Assembly: GCA_942492865.1 (NCBI GenBank)
Contig: OW818650.1
Location: 1,960,564-2,024,563 of the forward strand
Direction: 5' to 3'
Length of the DNA: 64,000 bases
DNA from: an uncultured Bacteroidales bacterium
GTDB taxonomy: Bacteria > Bacteroidota > Bacteroidia > Bacteroidales > VadinHA17
Shown here: positions 1 to 10,112 of the stretch, in pieces
Layout of the letters: every line of letters starts with the position of its first letter
Position numbering within the stretch: position 1 is the first letter of the stretch
Made by a program: the position numbers and the translations under genes
The notes under the pieces: model-generated
What the model saw: only the letters and a program-made list of their open reading frames with translations
Told to the model about the DNA's origin: nothing
Database searches by the model: none

Positions 1-2
1 TC

Positions 3-1010
3 AAATGGGAAAGAAAGATCGAGCCTTTAAGGTATGATGCCTCAAAGAAAGCATTTCTTGAGAGCATCGAACAGGTCCACCAGCAGGCAGTGAATTATTT
101 CTTCTCGCTGGCTACAGCTCAAATCAACAGGGAGATAGCAGCAATGAACTATTCCAATGCAGATACTCTGTGGGGAATGGCACAGGGACGCTTCAAACTG
201 GGAACCATAGCTGAGGACGAACTTCTTCAGATGCAGCTTTCGTGGCTGAATGCAGAGACTGACCGGAAAGCAGCCGAGATGAATTACCGTGACAGGGAGA
301 TCAGGCTTCGTTCGTTTTTAGGGTTTAATGAGAATGTGCGTATCAAACTGATATTGCCTTCAAGTATACCTGATCTGCAGGTTGATGTAAAAGAAGTTCT
401 TGACCTGGCATATTCGAATAATCCAACGATGATCAACCAGCAGATAACTTTATTATCGGCTCAGAGCAGTGTGGCCCAGGCAAAAGCCGAAAAAGGCATT
501 AATGCAAATCTTATAGCATCATTCGGCTTGCGTGACCAGGATACCGATTTCGATCTTGCATATCAGAATTCAAACCAGCAGCAAAGTGTCAGGGTGGGAA
601 TTACCATCCCTATTCTCGACTGGGGTCTTGGACGTGGTCGCTACAAAATGGCACAGTCATCGCTTGAGCTTGCCCAGGTTCAGACCAACCAGGCAAGAGC
701 TGATTTTGAGCAGAACCTTATGCTCGATGTTGAACAGTTCAACCTTCAGGCCGAGCAGGTCGCAATAGCTGCCAAATCAGATACCGTGGCGATGAAGATG
801 TTTGAAGTTACAAAACAAAGGTTCTATATAGGAAGGATCTCAGTTCTTGAGCTCAATAACGCTGATACACGCAAAGACCAGAACAGGAGGGCGTACGTTC
901 AGAGTTTGCAGAACTACTGGAGTTATTTTTATAATATGCGCAGACTTGCACTGTTTGATTTTGTCAGCAGAAAACCTCTCGGAACAGATTATGAAAAACT
1001 GCTGCAATAG
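3..1010 (+). CDS. TolC-family outer-membrane efflux protein, C-terminal part (5' end outside window)
   Basis: The frame is open from nt 3 to the TAG at 1008-1010, so the listed ORF 90..1010 is only the first internal Met. Helix-rich sequence with the typical TolC/OprM second-half pattern (LDLAYSNNP, IPILDWG, QNYWSYFY). Confidence 0.75.
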   Translation, partial: KWERKIEPLRYDASKKAFLESIEQVHQQAVNYFFSLATAQINREIAAMNYSNADTLWGMAQGRFKLGTIAEDELLQMQLSWLNAETDRKAAEMNYRDREIRLRSFLGFNENVRIKLILPSSIPDLQVDVKEVLDLAYSNNPTMINQQITLLSAQSSVAQAKAEKGINANLIASFGLRDQDTDFDLAYQNSNQQQSVRVGITIPILDWGLGRGRYKMAQSSLELAQVQTNQARADFEQNLMLDVEQFNLQAEQVAIAAKSDTVAMKMFEVTKQRFYIGRISVLELNNADTRKDQNRRAYVQSLQNYWSYFYNMRRLALFDFVSRKPLGTDYEKLLQ

Positions 1011-1037
1011 GTAAAGCATTATAAATAATTCATTATT

Positions 1038-1069
1038 AAGGGCGGGATTTGTATTTCAGCCCTTTTTTT
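1038..1069 (+). terminator. Possible intrinsic terminator after the TolC-family gene
   Basis: AAGGGC (1038-1043) pairs with GCCCTT (1059-1064) and is followed by a T-run to 1069. The stem is short and the loop long, so this is weak. Confidence 0.35.
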
Positions 1070-1081
1070 GTAAATTTTTTT

Positions 1082-1089
1082 TATCTTTG
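1082..1089 (+). promoter_or_regulatory. Candidate Bacteroidota -7 promoter box (TAnnTTTG) upstream of secDF
   Basis: TATCTTTG matches the TAnnTTTG consensus of Bacteroidota sigma-A promoters and lies 44 nt upstream of the secDF ATG. Confidence 0.35.
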
Positions 1090-1132
1090 CGCCTCGTTAA
1101 TTACGAAAATACCGATTAATTAAAGAAATAAA

Positions 1133-4093
1133 ATGCAGAACAAAGCAGCTATCCTCATTCTGGCAATTGCATTAGGGTTGGTGTCTGTTTACCAGCTTTC
1201 ATTTACTTTTGCATCATATAAAGTTAAAAAAGACGCCAGGGAATATGCCAAGGGAGACCTTGTTAAAGAAAATGTTTACCTCGATTCAATAAGAATACTC
1301 CCTAAGGACCAATGGAGCTTTCTTGGCAATACATTCAAGGAAGTCCAGAAGAAGGAGCTGAATCTCGGGCTCGACCTTAAAGGTGGAATGAATGTTATTC
1401 TCGAGGTCTCCGTTGAAGATATACTCAGGGCTTTATCTAACTACAATACAGATAAGACTTTTGAAGCTGCGATTATAAGAGCCAGGGAGCTTCAGAAGGG
1501 AAGTCAGGCTGATTTTCTTACCCTTTTCGGACGTGCGTTCCAGGAAACAGATCCCAATGCCAAGCTTGCGGCTATCTTCGGAACAGTCGATCTGAAGGAA
1601 AAGATCAACTTCAATTCGTCGAATGAAGATGTGATGCAGGTTCTTGATGAAGAAGTTTCGGCTGCCATTACCAACGCTTTCAATATCCTGAGGACCAGGA
1701 TCGACAGATTCGGGGTAGTACAGCCCAATATAACACAGCTTGCAACCAAGGGACGCATCCTTATCGAGCTTCCGGGTATTAATGATACAAAGAGGGTGCG
1801 CGAGTTGCTCCAGGGAACTGCCAGCCTGGAGTTCTGGGAAACTTATGAAAATGGTGAGATTTTACCATTTCTGTCACAGGCTAATAATCTCCTGAGGGAA
1901 ATGCAGGCAAATACCGTTGCCCCTGTAACTCCTGCACAAGCCGGCCAGACAGTAGCAGCGGATACAACTGAAAAATCGCTTCTTGATATTATAGATAACG
2001 ATACGACACAGGCCGCAGGCACAGAGTCACTGGCTGAGTTTACTCGTCAGAATCCCTTATTCGGGTTACTTAACCCGAGGGTTAGTCCCCAGGGAGAACC
2101 GCTTCCATCGAGCATGGTAGGTCTGGCGAGCTCCAGGGATACAGCAAAAGTAAATGACTATCTGGGAATGAACCAGATAAGGTCTCTTCTTCCACGTGAC
2201 CTCAGGCTGATGTGGAGCCAGAATCCATACCAGTACGATCCGACCAATTCGCTTTATGAACTTCATGCCATAAAAATTACCACCCGCGACGGACGCGCAC
2301 CTCTCGACGGAGATGTTGTGACATCAGCCAGGCCGACATCGGGAGTTACCGGATCAGAGGTTAAGGTTGACATGACAATGAATGCTGAAGGAGCAAAAGT
2401 ATGGGCACGGATGACCAGGGAAAATATCAACCGTTGCGTTGCTGTAGTTCTCGATGGCTATGTTCGTTCCTACCCCAGGGTGCAGAGTGAGATCACCGGC
2501 GGGAACACTGAGATAACAGGGGATTTCACAATTGAGGAAGCAGATGACCTTGCCAATATTCTTAAATCGGGCAAGCTGCCTGCACCTGCAAAGATAATAT
2601 CCGATACAGTTATTGGTCCGACCCTTGGGCAGGAATCCATAGATGCCGGTATGATTTCGTTTATAATTGCATTCATTATCGTCTTGCTTTACATGATATT
2701 CTATTACAGCCGTAGTGCAGGAACAATTGCTGACATTGCGCTATTTGCGAACGTCTTTCTGATTATGGGGGTTTCCGCATCACTCGGCGCAGTGCTTACA
2801 CTTCCGGGTATTGCCGGTATTGTTCTTACAATGGGTATGTCGGTTGATGCCAACGTTCTGATATATGAGCGGATCAGGGAAGAGCTGAGGGCCGGAAAAG
2901 GAATTAAACTTGCAATTGCCGATGGTTATAAAGGGGCTTTGTCGGCTATCCTCGATTCAAACATTACCACCCTCCTTACAGGTGTTGTGCTGTATGTGTT
3001 CGGAACAGGTCCTATCAAAGGATTCGCCACAATGCTTGTTATCGGAATCTTCACCTCATTATTCAGTGCGATTTACATTACACGTCTTATCTATGAGTAT
3101 CTGCTTAAGAAAAATGTAAAACTTTCCTTCTCTATAAAGATCACTGCTAATATTCTCAAAAACACCCATATAGATTTTATTGGCAAACGAAGAATATTCT
3201 ATGGAATTTCAATATTGATCACAATTATCGGCATAGGCTCACTGGTGCTTCGCGGACTTAACCCGGGTATCGATTTCACCGGGGGACGTACTTATGTTGT
3301 TCAGTTCGAACAACCTGTTAATACACAGGACGTTGCTGATGCCCTGGCCGATGACTTTGACGAGCCGCCACAGGTTGTGACCTATGGAAATGCCAGCCAG
3401 GTGCGTATTACCACAAAATATAAAATTGACCAGGCAGGTGTTGATGAAGAAGTGGAGACTGCTTTATACACCGGCCTTAAAGATATGGTTGGTCCGGATG
3501 TTTCAAGAGAACAATTCCTTTCGGAGTACAGGAGAAGCTCTGAAACAGTTGGTCCGACAATTGCAAGCGATATAAAAACCAAGGCTGTGTGGGCAGTGTT
3601 CCTGGCACTTGTACTGATGTTCCTTTATATCTATATGCGATTCAGGAACTGGCAGTACGGACTTGGAGCCATGGTTGCCGTTGCTCACGATACAATGATA
3701 GTAATTGGAATTTATTCATTACTGTGGGGCATTCTGCCGTTCACTATGGAAATAGACCAGGCATTTATCGCTGCTATTCTGACAGTTATAGGTTATTCAA
3801 TAAATGATACGGTGGTTGTATTCGACAGGTTGAGGGAATTTTTACCACTTCACAGGAAACGGCCTGTAAAGGATGTCATCAATCTGGCAATGAACGATAC
3901 ATTGAGCCGTACACTTAATACGGGGGTAACATCCATCCTGGTGCTTATAGCAATGTTCTTTTTGGGCGGTGCCACGATCAGGGGTTTCCTTTTTGCAATG
4001 ATAATAGGTATCGTAGTAGGTACTTATTCGTCAATATTTGTGGCGTCATCGATCGTATACGACACCACCAGGAAAAGAGGAATTAAGTTTTAA
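1133..4093 (+). CDS. secDF: Protein translocase subunit SecDF (fused SecD-SecF)
   Basis: 986 aa with an N-terminal TM helix, a large periplasmic domain and two 6-TM RND-like bundles. SecD motif LGLDLKGG and SecF motif GIDFTGG are present. The fused form is typical of Bacteroidota. Confidence 0.95.
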   Translation: MQNKAAILILAIALGLVSVYQLSFTFASYKVKKDAREYAKGDLVKENVYLDSIRILPKDQWSFLGNTFKEVQKKELNLGLDLKGGMNVILEVSVEDILRALSNYNTDKTFEAAIIRARELQKGSQADFLTLFGRAFQETDPNAKLAAIFGTVDLKEKINFNSSNEDVMQVLDEEVSAAITNAFNILRTRIDRFGVVQPNITQLATKGRILIELPGINDTKRVRELLQGTASLEFWETYENGEILPFLSQANNLLREMQANTVAPVTPAQAGQTVAADTTEKSLLDIIDNDTTQAAGTESLAEFTRQNPLFGLLNPRVSPQGEPLPSSMVGLASSRDTAKVNDYLGMNQIRSLLPRDLRLMWSQNPYQYDPTNSLYELHAIKITTRDGRAPLDGDVVTSARPTSGVTGSEVKVDMTMNAEGAKVWARMTRENINRCVAVVLDGYVRSYPRVQSEITGGNTEITGDFTIEEADDLANILKSGKLPAPAKIISDTVIGPTLGQESIDAGMISFIIAFIIVLLYMIFYYSRSAGTIADIALFANVFLIMGVSASLGAVLTLPGIAGIVLTMGMSVDANVLIYERIREELRAGKGIKLAIADGYKGALSAILDSNITTLLTGVVLYVFGTGPIKGFATMLVIGIFTSLFSAIYITRLIYEYLLKKNVKLSFSIKITANILKNTHIDFIGKRRIFYGISILITIIGIGSLVLRGLNPGIDFTGGRTYVVQFEQPVNTQDVADALADDFDEPPQVVTYGNASQVRITTKYKIDQAGVDEEVETALYTGLKDMVGPDVSREQFLSEYRRSSETVGPTIASDIKTKAVWAVFLALVLMFLYIYMRFRNWQYGLGAMVAVAHDTMIVIGIYSLLWGILPFTMEIDQAFIAAILTVIGYSINDTVVVFDRLREFLPLHRKRPVKDVINLAMNDTLSRTLNTGVTSILVLIAMFFLGGATIRGFLFAMIIGIVVGTYSSIFVASSIVYDTTRKRGIKF

Positions 4094-4119
4094 AATAGCA
4101 TATTTACATGATATTGAGG

Positions 4120-4146
4120 CTGCCCGGAAGGGCAGTCTTTGTTTTA
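4120..4146 (+). terminator. Intrinsic terminator after secDF
   Basis: CTGCCC-GGAA-GGGCAG hairpin (4120-4135) followed by TCTTTGTTTT. Confidence 0.55.
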
Positions 4147-4735
4147 GGGAGATCCTGTTTAACCTCTTCCATTGAGATCCCTTGCTGCGATTACAAATTT
4201 CAACCTCTTTAACATTCATGATGAAGGCGACAGTGAGATCCCTTGTACGACTTTTCCTGACTTCTGACGCTTTCTATATTTAGTGAGGTTGAAATTTTCA
4301 ATTATTTTTACCTCATGTAAGGGAGGAATTCCCCTCCTTGGAGGGGTTAGGGGTGGGTTAAAAGTTATAATAAAAAATCCCATAAAGGATAAACAGAGAT
4401 AATACATATTGCTTGTTAAAAGAAAAAAAAGCCCAGAAAATACTCAGTTAAAAGCACTGGCAAAAAACTCAGAAAAGACATTACTATCAAATAAACACGA
4501 CTCTTGGAAAAATTAAAGAAAGAATACCTAAGAACCCACCCTGGCCCCTCCGAGGAGGGGAATCATAACTATCAAATCTCTGCCCTAATACCTATTAATT
4601 GCAACCTCTTTAAAATTCATGGTAAACATGATTGTGGGATCCCTTGCTGCGATTACAAGTTACAATCTCTTTAAAGTTCATGGGGGACACGATGATGAGA
4701 TCCCTTGCTTCGCTGCGGGATGAAGTCAGGATTTT
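4140..4735. repeat. Intergenic repeat cluster: 61-bp GAGATCCCTTGC units plus CCCCTCC/GGAGGGG hairpin motifs
   Basis: Holds about 3.5 copies of the unit also arrayed at 20.7-21.8 kb (for example 4168-4250 and 4592-4725). Hairpin motifs are CCCCTCCTTGGAGGGGTTAGGGGTGGG at 4331-4357 and its inverted form at 4536-4570. The block at 4262-4360 recurs at 20420-20515. Confidence 0.85.
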
Positions 4736-4792
4736 TAGATTTTTGTGTATTTGAATCTTTAAATATTATTAATGATTATCCTGAAACTTTTC

Positions 4793-4800
4793 TAACTTTG
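4793..4800 (+). promoter_or_regulatory. Candidate -7 promoter box (TAnnTTTG) upstream of tatA
   Basis: TAACTTTG, 43 nt upstream of the tatA ATG. Confidence 0.35.
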
Positions 4801-4842
4801 CCGTTAATCAAGCTACAGATCATTCGTTACTTATAGTACAAT

Positions 4843-5334
4843 ATGAGCGGACAGGAAATTTTTGTTATTGTTATTGTTGTTCTTCTTCTATTCGGTGCAG
4901 ATAAATTACCTGAAATGGCCAAAACATTCGGTAAGAGTATGAGGGATTTCAGGAAAGCAACAGATGAGATAAAAAGGGAAATTGAAACAAGCACAGTTGA
5001 CTTAAAGAAGGATTTGACTGAAGTTCAGGATTCTCTGAAAAAAGATGTCGCCGAACTGTCGGATAATATTCAGAATGATGTTAATGAGATGACTGATGAC
5101 ATCAAAAGGGATGTCGAGGAAATGACCGGAGAGATCAAGAAGGATGTCGATCAGATGTCAGAGGAAATTAAGAGTGAGGTCGATCAGATGTCCGAAGAAA
5201 TCAAAAAGGATGTTGACCAGATAGCTGAAAACGTCCAGAACGATCAACCTGATCCTGAAAAGAAAGAACCTTCCGATTCCGCCAAGAAAGATTTATACGA
5301 CCGTGATGAATACCGGTACGAATACACTGATTAG
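4843..5334 (+). CDS. tatA: Twin-arginine translocase TatA/E-family protein with a long acidic repeat tail
   Basis: The N-terminus IFVIVIVVLLLFGADKLPEMAKTFGKSMRDFRKA is the TatA TM helix, FG hinge and amphipathic helix. The remaining ~110 aa are D/E/K-rich with 11-aa repeats (KKDVDQMSEEI). Confidence 0.85.
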   Translation: MSGQEIFVIVIVVLLLFGADKLPEMAKTFGKSMRDFRKATDEIKREIETSTVDLKKDLTEVQDSLKKDVAELSDNIQNDVNEMTDDIKRDVEEMTGEIKKDVDQMSEEIKSEVDQMSEEIKKDVDQIAENVQNDQPDPEKKEPSDSAKKDLYDRDEYRYEYTD

Positions 5335-5364
5335 AGTTTGTCGTTCCAGGTTTTAACTTTCTTT

Positions 5365-6018
5365 ATGATAAGAACACAGGGGATAACCAAGTCTTACGGC
5401 GAATTAAAAGTACTGAAAGGGATTGACATAGAGATTAAAGAGAAAGAAGTCGTGTCAATAGTTGGTGCAAGCGGAGCCGGAAAAACCACTCTTCTTCAAA
5501 TAATAGGAACCCTGGATAAACCAGATACAGGTTCTGTTCTGTATAACGGTTCGGACATAAGCAGGATGAAAGGGAAATCAATTGCTGCATTTCGTAACAG
5601 GAATATCGGGTTTGTTTTTCAGTTTCATCAGCTGCTGCCTGAGTTCACTGCCCTTGAAAATGTATGCATACCCGCATTTATAGCTGGTAAAAGCAAAGCA
5701 GAAGCTGAGGCAAGGGCAGAAGAATTACTTGGGTTCCTTAATCTTAGTAACAGGCTTGATCATAAACCTTCTGAACTAAGCGGAGGTGAACAGCAAAGGG
5801 TAGCTGTGGCGAGGGCGCTTGTCAATAATCCCACGGTTATTCTTGCCGATGAACCGTCAGGTAACCTTGATACTGAAAACAAGAATGAACTTCATAAACT
5901 TTTCTTCAAACTGCGGGATTCATTCGGACAGACAATAATTATAGTAACACACGACCGTCAACTGGCTGATATGTCGGACCGTATACTGCAGATCAGGGAT
6001 GGGCAGATTGTAGATTAA
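5365..6018 (+). CDS. lolD: ABC transporter ATP-binding protein, LolD/FtsE-like
   Basis: Walker [10 protein letters not shown], signature [10 protein letters not shown] and Walker [12 protein letters not shown] are present. The listed 5338 start is TTG, and ATG 5365 ([12 protein letters not shown]) gives the canonical N-terminus. Confidence 0.85.
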   Translation: MIRTQGITKSYGELKVLKGIDIEIKEKEVVSIVGASGAGKTTLLQIIGTLDKPDTGSVLYNGSDISRMKGKSIAAFRNRNIGFVFQFHQLLPEFTALENVCIPAFIAGKSKAEAEARAEELLGFLNLSNRLDHKPSELSGGEQQRVAVARALVNNPTVILADEPSGNLDTENKNELHKLFFKLRDSFGQTIIIVTHDRQLADMSDRILQIRDGQIVD

Positions 6019-6039
6019 TCAGAGCTTCAGACTATGGTT

Positions 6040-7398
6040 TCATCTTTCAGTCAGATCGTATGACAGGCCAAGCAGCATAGATACATTGCTGCCGAGATAA
6101 GGATTCCCGAGTTCCCAGCCTTTTGTCTTTCCTGTCAATTGTAATATTCCCGAGAAATTATCAGAGATAAGATACTTTGTTTTAATTCCCATTGAACCAC
6201 CTGAAATCTTTTTACTGCTGTAAAAAGATTCCGGTTGATTCCAGAAATTACAATTGATATCAAAACTGGTGTTGCGGAATGCTTTCATAGAATAAATTCC
6301 AAGTCCTGCTCCAAATCCGGTTTCATCTTTGCTGCTATATCTGTGAGCATTGATAACAAACCCGCGATTTCTGTACCGGACCGGAACATGCACAGCAATA
6401 TCATTACCAAAATAAACCGGGGCATACCGGGTGAAAAAATTAAAATCTAAATTTTCCGAGATTTTGATCCTGTCGATAAAAAATATTGCAGGATTCAGGA
6501 AATTAAGCAGCGAAAGTTTTTTCTGGGCTATCAGGAAATCACGTCCTTCAACCGAAAGATCTGAGAACCCTATTCTCCGGTTTACCCCTTCACCTCCCGG
6601 GAACGGATCCCTTGAAGTAAAAGGAAGATCAGGGTTGAACATATCGTACACCCATGCAGTAAGATCCGATCCTGTATAATCCCTTTCCACAGGGTTTGTG
6701 CTCTCATCAGGCGGTGCCAGGATCTTTACTGAATCGCTTGCTGCACTTGTCGAAAATCTGAAATAATCAAAAACATAATAAGCATTATAAAGAAGAAGTG
6801 CAGATCGTGTCATGCTCTTTTTCTTATAAAAATCATTAATGCTGATGTTTTCATTCAGGAGAATTTCATAATGAACACCGGCAACATAAGAATTTAGTAA
6901 CTGATCAATATCCGTATATTTAAGATCATCAAGTATCAGGTCTGAAATCCCGTAAACAGTTCCATCCCACCTGCTGAACATCCAGTTACCGTTTTTTGAA
7001 GAAATCTTTTTAACACCAATTGCAGAGCGATGGAATTCTTCATGTCCCCAAACACCCAGAGGAATCGGAAGCTCACTGCCATACTTCGAAAATCCCAGGC
7101 TTAAAGCATATTTGAAAAGGTTGTTTGCTGACTTTCTGATTTTGGTATTTTGTTTATCACCGGTTGCAAAAAGCAAATCACCAAGCTCGTCTATGCCCCA
7201 GAATCCTAACTCATACATTCCATAAGACAAGTTGAGAGCCTGGCTCATTGATGGATAATTGTACGGCAAAGTGCCGTTTTGGGGGAAGTCTGCCAAAGGA
7301 ATATTAAGGTTGAACTTATAGATTGTATTGTCCTGGGCAGAAAGGGATTGTAGCTGGAAAAGAATTAATAAAATTCCTGAGTAAAATTTAATTTTCAT
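6040..7398 (-). CDS. Secreted hypothetical protein with HExxH motif
   Basis: Signal peptide MKIKFYSGILLILFQLQSLSAQ and a single HEEFH motif (WGHEEFHRS). The C-terminal third alternates residues in a beta-strand-like way. No family recognised. Confidence 0.5.
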   Translation of the reverse strand: MKIKFYSGILLILFQLQSLSAQDNTIYKFNLNIPLADFPQNGTLPYNYPSMSQALNLSYGMYELGFWGIDELGDLLFATGDKQNTKIRKSANNLFKYALSLGFSKYGSELPIPLGVWGHEEFHRSAIGVKKISSKNGNWMFSRWDGTVYGISDLILDDLKYTDIDQLLNSYVAGVHYEILLNENISINDFYKKKSMTRSALLLYNAYYVFDYFRFSTSAASDSVKILAPPDESTNPVERDYTGSDLTAWVYDMFNPDLPFTSRDPFPGGEGVNRRIGFSDLSVEGRDFLIAQKKLSLLNFLNPAIFFIDRIKISENLDFNFFTRYAPVYFGNDIAVHVPVRYRNRGFVINAHRYSSKDETGFGAGLGIYSMKAFRNTSFDINCNFWNQPESFYSSKKISGGSMGIKTKYLISDNFSGILQLTGKTKGWELGNPYLGSNVSMLLGLSYDLTER

Positions 7399-7632
7399 GT
7401 CAGATATCAGATTTTAAATAATCAGATAATAACATTGATTTATAAATATTTGTTTAATAAAGATGTAAAATTTATAGAGAAAAGCCTTCAAAAACATCTC
7501 ATCAGAGCAAAGTAAAATCGATCTGAACTGTCCATTCTGGTAAACATCAAGAGGGCAGGAGAGAATGGCTTGATTAAGGTATCATGATTATTAATCGTAT
7601 TTCCTTATTTTTATGACGTCGAAATTAAGGGA

Positions 7633-8403
7633 ATGAAATTAAAAAAACATGAGCTGAAGGAGTTTCTTGATGAAAAGGCGGATCTCTATAACCGGCCTTC
7701 TTTTATTGATCCTGATCCGATAAGCATTCCACATCGTTATACTGAAAGGAGAGACATTGAAATAGCAGGATTTCTTGCTGCAACTATAGCCTGGGGTAAC
7801 CGCAAAATGATCCTCAGGAACGCTGACCGGCTTATGAATCTGATGGATGATTCTCCCTTTGATTTTATCATGAACCACAATGCTTCAGACCTTGAAAGAA
7901 TCGATAAGTTCGTTCACCGGACCTTCAATTCGGTAGATCTGATATATTTTATGAAGTCTCTGCAGAATATATACAGGAACAAAGGAGGAATTGAAGTCAT
8001 TTTCAATGCCCATCAGGCTGTCAGTTCACTGCAGCCTTCAATTCACGAGTTTCACAGGATATTCTTTGAGCTCCCTCACGAAAGAAGGACAGAGAAGCAC
8101 GTTTGTGATCCATTCAAAGGCTCGGCAGCAAAGAGGATCAACATGTTCCTGAGGTGGATGGTAAGAAAAGATGACAGGGGTGTGGATTTCGGAATATGGA
8201 AGGCTATCTCACCTTCCATTCTTTCATGTCCGCTTGATGTTCATTCAGGTAATATAGCCAGACGCCTGGGTATTCTCAAACGGAAGCAAAATGACTCTAA
8301 AGCCGTTGCCGAACTGGATGAAATTCTCAGATCATTTGATAAAAACGATCCCGTCAGATACGATTTTGCACTGTTTGGACTGGGTGTTTCTGAGAAATTC
8401 TAG
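7633..8403 (+). CDS. TIGR02757/DUF2400-like uncharacterised protein
   Basis: 256 aa. The pattern DPISIPHRY...EIAGFLAATIAWGNRKMI...PLDVHSGNIARRLGIL recalls the TIGR02757 family as I remember it. Not verified by search. Confidence 0.55.
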   Translation: MKLKKHELKEFLDEKADLYNRPSFIDPDPISIPHRYTERRDIEIAGFLAATIAWGNRKMILRNADRLMNLMDDSPFDFIMNHNASDLERIDKFVHRTFNSVDLIYFMKSLQNIYRNKGGIEVIFNAHQAVSSLQPSIHEFHRIFFELPHERRTEKHVCDPFKGSAAKRINMFLRWMVRKDDRGVDFGIWKAISPSILSCPLDVHSGNIARRLGILKRKQNDSKAVAELDEILRSFDKNDPVRYDFALFGLGVSEKF

Positions 8404-8448
8404 TAATCATAAACTAACCCGAACGGGGAAACCGGCTCAAAGCTGCAG

Positions 8449-9519
8449 TCAGGTCCATGCTAATTTTCGTTTAAAATAAAGTGCAACATTTACAAGCCCT
8501 ATCATTACCGGAACTTCTACCAATGGCCCGATAACAGCTGAGAATGCTTCACCTGAATTTATTCCGAACACAGCAATTGCAACTGCAATTGCCAGTTCAA
8601 AGTTATTACTCGCTGCAGTAAAGGAAAGTGTGGTTGTTTGCGCATACGTTGCACCCGCTCTTCTACTCATGAAAAATGAAAATAGAAACATTATAATAAA
8701 ATATATTATAAGAGGAATTGCTATTAATATTACATCCAGCGGTAATTTAACAATGTATTCCCCCTTGAGTGAAAACATTACCACAATAGTGAACAATAGA
8801 GCGATAAGCGTAATCGGGCTTATTTTGGGAATAAATTTAGTGTTATACCAATCCTTACTTTTTATTCTTATTAAAATATACCTGGTAAGAAAACCAGCAA
8901 TAAAAGGTATTCCAAGGTATATAAAAACACTCCTTGCAATTTGTCCTATAGTAATATTTTCAACAATAGAATTAGTGGGCACACCAAACCATCCCGGTAA
9001 TATGGCAATAAATATCCAGGCATAAACTGAGAACAGCAATACCTGGAATATTGAATTAAAGGCTACCAGCCCTGCACAATACTCTGTGTCTCCCTTAGCC
9101 AGATCGTTCCAAACAATTACCATAGCAATACAACGGGCAAGTCCGATCATAATTATTCCATACATGTAGGGCAGGTTTGCATTGTCTTTACCTGGAAAAA
9201 GCTTAAAGAATAATATAGCCAATGCAAACATTAGTACAGGGCCGATGATCCAGTTCTGCACAAGGGACAGCCCCAGTATTTTAAAATTTCTGAATACACC
9301 ACCCAATTCATCATATTTGACTTTTGCCAATGGAGGATACATCATTAAAATAAGTCCAATCGCAATGGGAATATTGGTTGTACTTTCAGGAGAAGATTTT
9401 AATGATTCCCAAAATGTTGCTATTGCAGGGAAGAAATATCCTGAAAAGACACCAACAAACATGGCAAGAAAGATCCAAAGTGTCAGGTACCTGTCGAGAA
9501 ATTTCAATCTGGGTTTCAT
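8449..9519 (-). CDS. acr3: ACR3-family arsenite efflux transporter
   Basis: About 10-TM protein starting [24 protein letters not shown], typical of Acr3/ArsB(ACR3). It is divergent from an arsR gene. I chose the internal Met at 9519 over the listed 9543. Confidence 0.85.
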   Translation of the reverse strand: MKPRLKFLDRYLTLWIFLAMFVGVFSGYFFPAIATFWESLKSSPESTTNIPIAIGLILMMYPPLAKVKYDELGGVFRNFKILGLSLVQNWIIGPVLMFALAILFFKLFPGKDNANLPYMYGIIMIGLARCIAMVIVWNDLAKGDTEYCAGLVAFNSIFQVLLFSVYAWIFIAILPGWFGVPTNSIVENITIGQIARSVFIYLGIPFIAGFLTRYILIRIKSKDWYNTKFIPKISPITLIALLFTIVVMFSLKGEYIVKLPLDVILIAIPLIIYFIIMFLFSFFMSRRAGATYAQTTTLSFTAASNNFELAIAVAIAVFGINSGEAFSAVIGPLVEVPVMIGLVNVALYFKRKLAWT

Positions 9520-9679
9520 ATCAATTATATTTAAATAGTACAAAGATTTATCTTCTTAAAGAGTGATTTTATGAGCCTTTGCTTTATCAGGAACGGTCAA
9601 ATCGGGCCCGGAACCGCAATAGGATTTTAATTGTAACTCAAAAGAAAACTTATAACATACCAAATATAAAAACATTTCG

Positions 9680-9687
9680 TATATTTG
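9680..9687 (+). promoter_or_regulatory. Candidate -7 promoter box (TAnnTTTG) for the arsR operon
   Basis: TATATTTG, 31 nt upstream of ATG 9718, in the acr3/arsR divergent region. Confidence 0.35.
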
Positions 9688-9717
9688 CGAAATAACAAAG
9701 TAAAAATAATATTAATC

Positions 9718-10071
9718 ATGTCAGGTAAATTGGAATTTTCTCATGAAGTGCAGCAGGTCGCCCGATTTTCAAAAGCGCTTAGTCACCCGGTGAGAGTATA
9801 TATTCTTCATAAACTGTCGAAGATGGACTCTTGTTGCTACAGCGGAGATCTGGTGGAAGAACTACCGGTTGGCAGATCTACTCTTTCGCAACATCTGAAG
9901 GAGTTGAAATATGCAGGTCTGATACAGGGAGAAATCAATCCACCGTATATTAAATATTGTATCAACAGGGAGAACTGGGATAATGCGAAGAAATTATTTG
10001 AAGATTTCCTGAGTGATAATAAATCAGCTGATTTTTCCTGTGACAATGTAAAAACTGTTGTTCATACTTAA
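9718..10071 (+). CDS. arsR: ArsR/SmtB-family metalloregulator
   Basis: Winged-helix core ALSHPVRVYILHKL...CCYSGDLVEELPVGRSTLSQHLKELKYAGLI with a CC pair at the metal(loid) site. The listed 9685 start is TTG, so ATG 9718 is preferred. Confidence 0.85.
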   Translation: MSGKLEFSHEVQQVARFSKALSHPVRVYILHKLSKMDSCCYSGDLVEELPVGRSTLSQHLKELKYAGLIQGEINPPYIKYCINRENWDNAKKLFEDFLSDNKSADFSCDNVKTVVHT

Positions 10072-10112
10072 TTATTCATCAATTAATTACGTTTAAACTA
10101 TAATTAAAGTCA

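Noticed and set aside
4216-4407. Small ORFs lying in repeat DNA (4216..4407 minus, 20447..20662 plus, 21789..22004 plus)
   Set aside because: They are composed of CCCCTCC/GGAGGGG hairpin motifs and satellite units (peptides such as PPLTPPRRGIPP and GGVRGVAV). They have no start context or domain, so they are repeat read-through.
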